A stretch of DNA of 27,444 bases, from assembly GCA_039630575.1 (NCBI GenBank), contig JBCNUW010000023.1:1-27444 (forward strand), written 5' to 3'. Within the stretch, counting starts at the first letter, position 1, and each line of letters begins with the position of its first letter. The DNA comes from Candidatus Hydrothermales bacterium (GTDB lineage Bacteria; Hydrothermota; Hydrothermia; Hydrothermales; JAJRUZ01). The notes under the pieces were generated by a model that saw only the letters and a program-made list of their open reading frames with translations, was not told the origin of the DNA and searched no databases. The translations under genes and the position numbers were made by a program. Below, one piece after another: positions 18,693-27,444 of the stretch.

Positions 18693-20126
18693 ATGTATCT
18701 TCTCTTTATTCTTTTTTTGCTGCCTGTTTTTTTGGCGTTTGCAATTTTTGGTGCTTATAGGTTTTGGCTTTTTATTCTTTACAAGGATTTAGAAAAAAAG
18801 AATTTCTATTTGAAGGGACTTACTGATTATCCCTTTGTTACTATTCAGATACCTGTTTACAATGAACTTAATGTGGTTGAAAGGATCATAGAGAGTGCTA
18901 CAAGAATTGATTATCCGAAGGACAGGTTTGAGATTCAGATTTTAGATGATTCTGATGATGAGACAAAAGAAGTAATTGATAAGTTAGTTGAGGAAAAAAG
19001 GTCTGAGGGGAAAAATATTTATGTTTTAAGAAGGGCAAATCGTAGTGGTTTTAAGGCTGGAGCTTTAAAAAATGGGCTTGAGCGTGCAAAGGGAGATTTT
19101 GTAGCTATTTTTGATGCTGATTTTATTATACCTAAAGATTTTTTGAAAAAAACACTACCATATTTTAGTGATCCTAAAGTTGCCTTTGTTCAGGCAAATT
19201 GGGATTTTATAAATGAAAAGGAGAATCTACTTACAAGGATTCAGGCAATGTTGCTTAGAACCCATTTTTTGCTTGAGCAGGATTCAAAATTTAAAAAAGG
19301 TTTTTTCTTCAATTTTAACGGAACAGCGGGAATTTGGAGAAAGTCAGTAATTATAGATTCTGGAAATTGGCAATGTGATACTCTTGCAGAGGATATAGAT
19401 TTATCTTTAAGGAGTTATCTGAGAGGGTTCAAGGGTGTGTTTTTGAAGGATTTATATGTTCAGTCTGAGTTGCCCACCGATTTAAATTCTTTTTTAGTTC
19501 AACAAAAAAGGTGGACTAAGGGGACTTTTCAAGTTGGTTTAAAGTTTTGGAAGGAAATTTTAAAATCGAATTTAAAAAAAGATGATAAGTTAAGTATACT
19601 TATACATGCTTTTTCCCCTTTACTTTATATTTTAAATTCTTTTTATTTTATTATCATTTGGCCTTTATCAAAATACTCACACATTATTTTTGGCTTATTT
19701 ATTTTATTTTTTGGTTTTTTTAATCTTTATAATATTTGGCTAATAGACAAAAAGGTAAAGGTTAATTATCTTTTAGAGTGGAGATTAAGAGATATTCTTT
19801 ATTTGATATTGGTTTTCACTTTTTTTTGTTTCGAGGGATCAAAGTCTGTACTTGAGGCAATTCTTAGAAGGAATTTTATTTTTGATAGAACACCTAAAAA
19901 AGGAAACAGAAAGAAGGATTATTTTATGAAAAAAGGTATAGATAAATCTCATTTACTTATATTCTTTTATTCTTTCTTAGCTATATTTATCTCTATTAAA
20001 CTTAAACTGTATGGAGTTATTCCATGGTTTTTAATCTTAGCTTTAAGTTCTTTTTTCTACATGAAAGATAGTTTGTGTGAGGTTTTTTCATTTAAGATTC
20101 ATAAATTTAAGTTTAGATTTAATTGA
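18693..20126 (+). CDS. Cellulose-synthase-like processive GT2 glycosyltransferase
   Basis: IQIPVYNE, LDDSDD, GFKAGAL, FDADF, FNGTAGIWR, AED, QQKRW (QxxRW), RTPK; N- and C-terminal TMs. Likely start ATG 18693 (ORF open from GTG 18672). Confidence 0.9.
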   Translation: MYLLFILFLLPVFLAFAIFGAYRFWLFILYKDLEKKNFYLKGLTDYPFVTIQIPVYNELNVVERIIESATRIDYPKDRFEIQILDDSDDETKEVIDKLVEEKRSEGKNIYVLRRANRSGFKAGALKNGLERAKGDFVAIFDADFIIPKDFLKKTLPYFSDPKVAFVQANWDFINEKENLLTRIQAMLLRTHFLLEQDSKFKKGFFFNFNGTAGIWRKSVIIDSGNWQCDTLAEDIDLSLRSYLRGFKGVFLKDLYVQSELPTDLNSFLVQQKRWTKGTFQVGLKFWKEILKSNLKKDDKLSILIHAFSPLLYILNSFYFIIIWPLSKYSHIIFGLFILFFGFFNLYNIWLIDKKVKVNYLLEWRLRDILYLILVFTFFCFEGSKSVLEAILRRNFIFDRTPKKGNRKKDYFMKKGIDKSHLLIFFYSFLAIFISIKLKLYGVIPWFLILALSSFFYMKDSLCEVFSFKIHKFKFRFN

Positions 20127-20131
20127 TTTAT

Positions 20132-20572
20132 ATGAATAGGGAATTCAATGCTTCAAAGGGTTTTTTAATTTATGCTATCTATATTTTTTCCTCTTTATTT
20201 TTTTTATTTATCTTATTAAATTTTTTCTTTCAGAAAAAGATGAATTTTAATATTCTCTTATTTGTTTTGATTTTTATAATTCTTCTTTATTTTATCAGTT
20301 CAATAAGATATGTTATAAGTTCAAGATATTTAACAATAAAAATTGGTATTCTGTCAATAAAATTTGATTTAAAAAATCTTGAAAAAATTTATTATAAAAA
20401 ATTGCCGATATTTAAAGATGAAATATTTAAGCTCAGTATAAATTTTTACACAGATTTCAAAAAAATAATAGTTTTACAATTTAAGAGATTTTCCGTTACA
20501 ATCTCACCTGAAAATCCTGAGGTATTCGTTGAGGTTTTGAAAGCCTACAAACCAGATTTAAAAATAGAATAG
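20132..20572 (+). CDS. Small membrane protein with bacterial PH-like domain
   Basis: Two TMs, then Y.I....LTIKIG....DLKNLEKI and ISPENPEVFVE. Start ATG 20132 or TTG 20123. Confidence 0.65.
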   Translation: MNREFNASKGFLIYAIYIFSSLFFLFILLNFFFQKKMNFNILLFVLIFIILLYFISSIRYVISSRYLTIKIGILSIKFDLKNLEKIYYKKLPIFKDEIFKLSINFYTDFKKIIVLQFKRFSVTISPENPEVFVEVLKAYKPDLKIE

Positions 20573-21029
20573 ATAACTTAAGGTAGTTATCATCTTAAGT
20601 ATTCTTTGAAAAGAAAAAGAATTGAAAAATTTTAAAAAAATTTGAGATAGCTTGTATAAAATTTTATTCTTTAATTCTATCACTTTCAAGAGGATATAAG
20701 GTAAAGAAGTGTAAATATCAGAAAAAGAAGCTAAACTTAATTTTTATCAAAGAAAAGATTTATTTCAGAGTTCTCATGCAACACGTTGATTCCAAAAATT
20801 TGATATAAATTGGATTTCCAAATTTTATAAACATAATATGTGTAAAACTTTTTAGTCTCTTCGTATATAAATCTAAAATGGATCGTTAAAAATTGTGCTT
20901 GATCACTATAGGTGTGATCATTTAGATACCTTGATGGATTTAAAAGAAACCATAATGCATGGCCAAGCTAAAACTGTGTAATTCGAGCACGTAATTAGTT
21001 TTGGCGGTAGAAATATGGACAGAAAAAAG

Positions 21030-21488
21030 TTAAATTTGTGAGTTGTATCAAAAAAAAGAGCTATCCTGTATTTCCTGATCAAGATAAAGCAAGTAGGTAA
21101 TTCATGATGTTAATGCATTTTTATTGATATTTATCCCTGAAGTAGCATTCACGTTATCAAAATAATCTATTTGGACTTTAATAATTTTGTATGCTGCCAA
21201 TAGTTGATGAATAAAAGACTCTTCCTACCTCAATTTGTGCTTAGACTCTAAATTTTTTCCTAAGTGGTATACTTTCTTGATGTTATCATAATATTTCCAT
21301 ATTATAATTTTGGATTGAGTAAAAGGTTCAGTGGAGAATGGATCTAAAAAAATTTTGGTAAAGGGGCTTGAAAAAAATTCATAACTTTGATCAAATCAAA
21401 AGTCTTCATTAGGGTCATCCAAAGTCTCTGCTTTAAGGTGATCAAAGTCATGGACATTCCATCATAAAGTTTTGCTTTTCTCGTGCTT
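21030..21488 (-). pseudogene. Decayed reading frame of unknown family
   Basis: One frame runs 153 codons with only 5 internal stops (4 TGA, 1 TAG, no TAA) in AT-rich DNA: ...WNVHDFDHLKAETLDDPNEDF*FDQSYEFFSSPFTKIFLDPF... Confidence 0.4.
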
Positions 21489-22609
21489 TTACTTCTACGA
21501 AATGTCGATAATAAATTTTACTCTCTTGTAGATTACCATTCTTTATTTTTTTATAAACGTTTTTAAATCGAGATATTTAGCTTAATTTGACTTTTTAAAA
21601 ATAGCAAATTCTCTAATATAATCTCCCATAGGAACTTTGTTAATAAGTGTCTATTAATTTTAAAAAATAGCATATAGTTATCTTTCTTACTTTTTACTCT
21701 TAGCCTCTTTTTTGGGTTAACGTTCAAATATTTCGCATTTAGTGAACTTATTATAGGATTGTTAAAGAAAAGTTTTTTTTTATCCTGCTTGAAACTTCAA
21801 GTAATTAGACAATTTGTTTTCTAAAGATGAATTGTACCGATTAGAGAATAGAATTTCTTTTCAAAATATTAATCAAATATTAAACAAGGTTGAATTTTTC
21901 ATGGAAATATCAGAAGGAAAAACATCCAAAAAATATTACAATAGACAAAATAAGTATAAATAAATTTATATTGTGCAAAGCTTAGTAAAAATTAACTAAG
22001 GGGATATAAAGGAAAGAGTTATAAGAAAAGAAAAAAGAGATACTTGAAAAATTTTGGTATTTTAAAAATGTTTCTTTTCCTTCTGGGTCAAGATCCGTAG
22101 CTCAAAGGTAATAGTCCAAACAAAGGCCTCCAAAAACAGTAAGTTAAATATTAATTAAAAAATATTATGGAAAAGATTAGTAAACAAAATGTCCAAAGTT
22201 TGAATTATCTCATATTAAGAGATAAAAAAGGTTCTTTCGTGGATACTAATTTAAGATATTATGAAAATGGATGAATAATGAAAAAGTTAAGTGTATCCAC
22301 TTAGGAACTAAATGGCTAAAGTTTGATTCTCTCTTAATTTTATTTTTCTTAACGTTCATATGTGCCTATTAAGAAAGATCAGAAGTCTCTTTAAAAGACA
22401 AGTAATAATCCAGCGAGAAAATGAATAGACTTTATACATATAAGGATAAAGCCAAGTAAGGTATTAAAGCAAAAATAAAGTATTTAAAGACTTACTCCAT
22501 CCTTTAAAATTCATGCTCGAAAAAAATTTTAATTAAAAAAAACATCCAGCTAGATCACCCTTAGATGTACCTAAAAGTGAATAGCGTAATAAATTTTTTA
22601 AAATTTTGA

Positions 22610-22979
22610 TCACTTTTTAACGGGAAAATTTAGAAATTCCCTCACTATGTATCTTATTTATTTTTTTCCTCATATATTTTTGGTGATAGGATGCTCTATT
22701 ATCCCAATGATATCATTACAAAACTAACTGTAATTTAAAATAGCTCTTTTTATGGTGATAGATTTCAAATTTTTTAATAAGTCTTTCTCTTTTTTTAACG
22801 CCTTCAACAATAGGATTTTTTTATCATTTTAGATTTAAGCTCCTATGGATGTTGGTGATCAGCATCAATAAATATAACGACCTCTCCGTTAGAAGCTCAT
22901 GACCGATTATCATTGCAAAATTTTTCTAAAATTTTTACTAAACTTTGTGGCTCTTTTTCAATTTCTATTTTTATTTCAC
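22610..22979 (-). pseudogene. Shattered GtrB/YkcC-like polyprenyl-phosphate glycosyltransferase (GT2)
   Basis: Collinear motifs across frames: KV**KF*KNF-AMIIGHE / ASNGEVVIFIDADHQHP*ELKSKMIKK / PIVEGVKKRE / LQL / SFVMISLG / GII / KIYEE / RYIVREFLN..*. Confidence 0.75.
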
Positions 22980-23711
22980 TTAAGTTTCATTTTTCAGTTT
23001 AACATACACTTTTATAAATCTCTCTACATAAGCGCCGAATACTCCTTTAACCCATTCTTCTTTGATGCGATCCTCTCTATTTAAATTCCAGTGATAAATA
23101 TCTTCATTTTCAGCCCTTATGTAAATCTCATAAAATCCTTCAGATTTAAATACGTTTTCTCTTCTAAACAGATCAAGGAAAGTATCAGGTGAAAAAAATA
23201 AAAGAAAACTGTCACTTAAATTTTTTCTTATATAGATTGTGTATAACTTTGAGTTAAAACTCTTTTCCCATATGAGTAAGTCATTTGATGGTACTATAAC
23301 TGTATCGTAATTTTTTGGATAGATTACATTAAAATCAGAGGGTACGTTTGTTATACATTTAAGATTCTCTGAATTTGGAAAACTAACCCTTAGTGTACAT
23401 TCTATTCCAGGGGGTACATAAAAACTGTCGGAATAAACCAGGTATCTATCTGAGTCTCTATCCATTACAATTTTTTCTTTTAAAATGTATTCACTGTTTA
23501 GAAACTTTATTCTGACATCAAGATCTGAGAGACCTAAATCAGCCTGTTCTTCTGGATTATAAAATCTGTCTACAAAAACTATCTGTTCAACTGGTTCATA
23601 ACTTGAATTCAAAGCAGACCATAAAACATATGTAGGTAATTTGATTTCCTCGTAGTTTCTTTTACATTCAATAAATAGAAGAAAAATTAGTGTAAAATAA
23701 AATTTTCTCAT
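22980..23711 (-). CDS. DUF4249-like lipoprotein partnered with the TonB-dependent receptor
   Basis: Lipoprotein signal (FIEC); YVLWSALN..EQIVFVDR; C-terminal VKGVFGA; starts 1 nt after the receptor stop, the usual FCB arrangement. Confidence 0.7.
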   Translation of the reverse strand: MRKFYFTLIFLLFIECKRNYEEIKLPTYVLWSALNSSYEPVEQIVFVDRFYNPEEQADLGLSDLDVRIKFLNSEYILKEKIVMDRDSDRYLVYSDSFYVPPGIECTLRVSFPNSENLKCITNVPSDFNVIYPKNYDTVIVPSNDLLIWEKSFNSKLYTIYIRKNLSDSFLLFFSPDTFLDLFRRENVFKSEGFYEIYIRAENEDIYHWNLNREDRIKEEWVKGVFGAYVERFIKVYVKLKNET

Positions 23712-23712
23712 A

Positions 23713-25896
23713 TCAGAAATTTAATATTATTTCAAAACTTGGTATAAAAGGCAGTTGATAAAGTTCTTTTCTAAGTGGAGGGTCTTTTTTATAATCATAG
23801 TAATAAAGTAAGATGTTTTTCCTATTATAAACATTTATAATACTTAAGGATAAGTAGCCACTGATTTTTTTAATTTTAAAATTCTTTGAAATTGAAATAT
23901 CAAGACGGTGATAAGGTGGGAACCTTTTTCCAAAGGGATTAGACTCTATCTCTTCCCATATGACCTCAGGGTAGTTGCCGGGATAAGGAGGATAAAAGAA
24001 TCTGTATCTCTTTACGAGATCAGTAAAGGGAGAACCACTTGTGTAAAAGAAATTTGCTCCTAAATCAAAATCTTTAAAAATTTTATACAGAAAATTTGAG
24101 GAAAAGTTGAATGTTCTATCCCATCTTAGAGGGTGATAAAATTTCTCTCCTTTAAACTTTCCATGTGATTTTAAAACAGTTAAGGTTATGTTACTTTTGA
24201 AGTTTCCAAAGGTTTTCTCAACAAAAAAATCAAAACCATAGCTTTCTCCATAACCATCCGAAAAAATTGTTTCATCAGGATTTAAGGGATCAAAGTTTCT
24301 GAATCGATATTCGAGAATGTAATCGTATTTTTTGTAAAAAATTTCAAAATCTATTTTCCCCCAATCTGGTAAATAGGAAATACCAGCAATGTAGTGTTTG
24401 GAATTCATAGGTTTGTAATCGCCGAAAATTGTAATCCAGTAATAGAAAGGATCAAAAACTTTCGAAAAACTGACTGCAACCAGATACTGGTTGAAAATTC
24501 CGAAAGCAGATTTGATAGCTATCTTATCGTTTAAAAGATATTTTATATTTATTCTTGGTTCGATTGTAAAACTCTCTGTGTTTCTTTTCGGATTCTCTTT
24601 AATTCTAAGATAAAAATAGTTTGCCCTTATACCAGGAATAAATCTAAATTTTTTAAATTTAAAGTTTAACTCTGTAAAAAAACAAAGAATATGAGGATTA
24701 CCCTTTTCAAACTGTTTTAGACCAAAAATATCATTTTGAAATTTTCCGGCAAGATTTTCGTACTCAATTCCAAAAACTTTATCAAAGCTCCCTTTATATT
24801 CACCCTTCCACTTAAAGCCTTTTATTGAGATTGGATTCCATAAATCCATAAAATCAGAGTATTTAAAAAAATTAAAAAAGAATGACAAAAAAAGTGAAAT
24901 TTCATGGAAATTTTTACCCTTAATATAGAAAGCTTTTAATGAAAAACCATCATTACCCCATTTTAATAAAATTAACTCATCAGCTTTATAATATAGATCT
25001 CTGTTTAAAAAATAGGATAATTTAAATCTTAAGTTTGTTAAAACCTGAATATTATAGGAAAATAAAATATCAAAAAAGTGATAGGGAAGTTCAAAGCTTC
25101 TGTTTATCAGTTTTAGATATTTATCAAAATAGGTTCTTCTCAAAAATATAAGATAACTTCCTTTTAAAAAAGGACCCTCTGATAAAAAACGTAGTGATAA
25201 AAAACTTATTAGATACTCAAAATATAACCTATTTAAGTTTCCAGTTTTTAATTCAGCACATAGGATAGAGGAAAGTGCATTTCCGTAAGAAGCAGGATAG
25301 GCGCCCCTATAAAATTCATACTTTGAAAGTGCAGAAAGATCAAAGATTGAAAAGAGTCCCCCCAGATGATATGGATTATAAATGGGAATCTCATCCAAAA
25401 AGGTCAAATTCTCCTGAGGTGAACCACCTCTTACAGAAAATCTACTGGACAGATCGGCAAACTGAACAACACCAGGAAGAAATGAGATTGTTCTTAATAG
25501 ATCCCCTTCAAAAAATTTAGGAAGTTTTCTAAAAAGGGAAGTCTCCCTTTTTATAATTGATGCTGGTTCTTCTTCAAATTCCTTTTTCCTTGAATAAATT
25601 ATTATCTTTTCAACCTCTATCTCTATAGGATTGAGTTCAACATTTAAAACCTTGCTCTCTCCCCTTTTCATTTCAAGATCTATACACTTTTCTTCATACC
25701 CCACAATCTTATAACAAATTGTTACCTTTCCCTCCTTTAACCTTTGAATTACATAGAAACCCCTTTCATCAGTAAAAGTACCTTTCTTGTCATCCTTTAT
25801 GTAAACAAAAACAAAAGGTATAAACTCACCGCTTTTTTTATCTATAACCCTTCCAGAAATAGTTATAGATGCTAAGAGAAAATTAAGAAAAATCAC
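23713..25896 (-). CDS. TonB-dependent outer-membrane receptor with N-terminal carboxypeptidase-regulatory-like domain
   Basis: ISGRVIDKKSGEFIP, GTFTDERGFY; plug LPGV..SVRGGSPQENL..DEIPIYNPYHLGGLFSIF; YHRLDIS, NVYNRKN; terminal Phe. Confidence 0.92.
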   Translation of the reverse strand: MIFLNFLLASITISGRVIDKKSGEFIPFVFVYIKDDKKGTFTDERGFYVIQRLKEGKVTICYKIVGYEEKCIDLEMKRGESKVLNVELNPIEIEVEKIIIYSRKKEFEEEPASIIKRETSLFRKLPKFFEGDLLRTISFLPGVVQFADLSSRFSVRGGSPQENLTFLDEIPIYNPYHLGGLFSIFDLSALSKYEFYRGAYPASYGNALSSILCAELKTGNLNRLYFEYLISFLSLRFLSEGPFLKGSYLIFLRRTYFDKYLKLINRSFELPYHFFDILFSYNIQVLTNLRFKLSYFLNRDLYYKADELILLKWGNDGFSLKAFYIKGKNFHEISLFLSFFFNFFKYSDFMDLWNPISIKGFKWKGEYKGSFDKVFGIEYENLAGKFQNDIFGLKQFEKGNPHILCFFTELNFKFKKFRFIPGIRANYFYLRIKENPKRNTESFTIEPRINIKYLLNDKIAIKSAFGIFNQYLVAVSFSKVFDPFYYWITIFGDYKPMNSKHYIAGISYLPDWGKIDFEIFYKKYDYILEYRFRNFDPLNPDETIFSDGYGESYGFDFFVEKTFGNFKSNITLTVLKSHGKFKGEKFYHPLRWDRTFNFSSNFLYKIFKDFDLGANFFYTSGSPFTDLVKRYRFFYPPYPGNYPEVIWEEIESNPFGKRFPPYHRLDISISKNFKIKKISGYLSLSIINVYNRKNILLYYYDYKKDPPLRKELYQLPFIPSFEIILNF

Positions 25897-26042
25897 CGTA
25901 ATCCGTACCGAAAATAAGAATAATCTATGTTTTTTTTAGACTCATTTGAATCATAAATATTTAAAGATTCAATCAATTTAATCAATCTCGCTTTTATTCT
26001 TGTAACCGGGAAAACACTGTAGAGGGATTTTTTATACGTCAT
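25893..26042 (-). CDS. 49-aa small ORF, or C-terminal remnant, coupled to the TonB receptor start
   Basis: MTYKKSLYSVFPVTRIKARLIKLIESLNIYDSNESKKNIDYSYFRYGLR*; its TGA overlaps the receptor GTG (GTGA). Confidence 0.35.
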   Translation of the reverse strand: MTYKKSLYSVFPVTRIKARLIKLIESLNIYDSNESKKNIDYSYFRYGLR

Positions 26043-26158
26043 AAAATCTTCAAGTACTCAAAAATTTTAACAAAACAATTTATTTTGAAAAGACTCTTGA
26101 CGTAATACTCATAATGACCAAATTTTGCCTGTTTAGAAATAATTAAGGAGGTTTTCAT
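26039..26158 (-). CDS. 39-aa small ORF, or remnant, coupled to the next small ORF
   Basis: MKTSLIISKQAKFGHYEYYVKSLFKINCFVKIFEYLKIL*; ATGA overlap with the 49-aa ORF; no SD. Confidence 0.25.
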   Translation of the reverse strand: MKTSLIISKQAKFGHYEYYVKSLFKINCFVKIFEYLKIL

Positions 26159-27444
26159 ATTCTAAAAACCCAATTTTTTTAAAAGTTTAAAATTAAATTA
26201 TATAGTTGATACTTTACAATTTTTCAATTAGAAGTTTGTGATTTTAATATTTTTTCTTAATGGTTTAAAATGGGCTAAAAATGTTTTTTGCTTTCAAATT
26301 AGTTTTATCCCCTTATTTTAGCAACCCTTTTTCAACAAAAAAGCTTTTTATTACCTCTGCTTTAAAAATTATTTTACTTTTTTGGATTAATAAAAGAAAG
26401 TGAGAAGAAATATTTTTTATATCCTTAATATGGGGAGTATTAAATTGATAATTTTATGTTTTCTTCATTTTAAAATTTTTCGGCTGCTAAGTATTTCTTA
26501 TTTTTATAATATTTTAAAATCTGTTACATTGGCAATTTTAAAAGGGATTTAGCCTTACTCAAACGCTACACTTTTTGAAATTAACGGAGATTTTTTATTT
26601 CTTGTTTCAAGTAATTTTGCAAAAGATTAATTAAAATAATTTTAGAAAAAAATTTTAATAAGCAGAAAAACCTACTGTTTTATGATGTAGTCAAAAATAA
26701 TAGACACAAGAAGATGGTTAAGATAATTACTCAAATTTAAAAAATTTATCAAAATTTTAAAATACTTAGGTTGAAATTAGAAAGGCAAATTTGTTAAGTA
26801 ATTATAAAATTTTTAAACTTGCTTAACATTTTAAAGATATTAGCTTAAGAAAATTAATCTTAGAAAGACTCTTTTTAATTGATTTCCGAGAAGTTTCTTT
26901 ATAGATCTTAGGTTTCTTTTTATGAAGTGTTTTTGATATTAAAAGAGGAAATAACAAATTTAAAAATTAAGAGATTTGGGAATAAATAGATAAGTTAGTT
27001 CAGGTGAACAGTAGGACTCAGAAAAGTTATTTCTTTTAAAAGCTTTAATCAGTTATTTTTTTGAAATGGGGCATTTAAAATGTTACCAAAAAATATAGGA
27101 TTGAAGTGAAGTAAATTTAAAATACTAAAAAAGAATTATTCTGGTTTTGTAAAGAAGTATCAGGGATTTTAGGGCTCGCGAAGAATATTAAGATTGTTAA
27201 GAATGTTAAAAAATGTAGACTGTAGATATGTTAATGATTTTTACTACTACCCAAGTTTCACACTTTTTGTTTAAAAGATGCTTTAACAAAAATTTGAGAT
27301 AATATATTTTTTTAATACTTCTGGAGTTGTATAAGGTGTTAAATTTTTTGGCATTATAATTAGTACTACATTTTTTGAAGTTCAGGACAAAAAAATGGGA
27401 TCTCCTCTTGACTTGTATAAATTTTATTAAAAAGGGATCTATTG

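Noticed and set aside
20572..20600. Overlapping 7-bp inverted repeats after the PH-domain gene (GATAACT/AGTTATC, ACTTAAG/CTTAAGT)
   Set aside because: AT-rich weak stems with no clear U-tract; not supportable as a terminator
22091..22145. AGATCCGTAGCTCAAAGGTA...GGCCTCCAAAAACAG resembles the 5' half of tRNA-Trp
   Set aside because: The anticodon stem does not pair, the D-stem is imperfect, and there is no T-arm (GTTCRA) or 3' acceptor strand; not a functional tRNA and possibly chance
20573..22979. Possible CRISPR or other repeat array in the large gap
   Set aside because: No regularly spaced repeat seen; only short matches such as TGGTGATAG at 22681 and 22753; no cas genes; pseudogene remnants explain the region better
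763..25520. Other short nested or antisense ORFs (763, 4490, 7036, 7740, 8153, 9409, 10551, 15103, 15573, 22899, 25275)
   Set aside because: They overlap well-supported genes or the GtrB remnant, are low complexity and show no recognisable family
27127..27360. Faint resemblance to a BlaR1/M56 peptidase segment (ELF..CKE..G...NIKIV...LLLP)
   Set aside because: No HExxH motif and too few conserved positions to assign a family

Overview
Very AT-rich chromosomal window from a diderm bacterium. Gene content (LptE, LptF/G, TonB receptor plus DUF4249, a T9SS-CTD-like tail) suggests an FCB-allied lineage such as candidate phylum WOR-3; this is inference only. From left to right: a TolB-like secreted propeller protein; a Zn-ribbon/class III cyclase/STAND/TPR protein; a secreted CTD-bearing protein; an isovaleryl-CoA-type dehydrogenase; a PrcB-like lipoprotein; a minus-strand glyA-lptE-rlmD operon; a long plus-strand run (orphan nuoM-nuoN, rfaE2, pcrA/uvrD, lptG-like, decayed murU-amgK, DUF1624 acyltransferase); a cellulose-synthase-like GT2; a small PH-domain membrane protein; and a TonB receptor-DUF4249 pair. 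The 2.4 kb gap at 20573-22979 is not empty: manual translation shows a shattered GtrB-like glycosyltransferase and further decayed coding sequence. The last 1.5 kb also looks like decayed coding DNA, with two small overlap-coupled ORFs. I found no CRISPR array, intact RNA gene or mobile element, and no firm evidence for a wholly new system. The best leads are the decayed gtr-like cassette, apparently leaderless housekeeping genes, Bacteroidota-type O-glycosylation sequons in secreted proteins, orphan NuoM/N and the cyclase-STAND-TPR protein. All calls were made by eye; no database searches were run.
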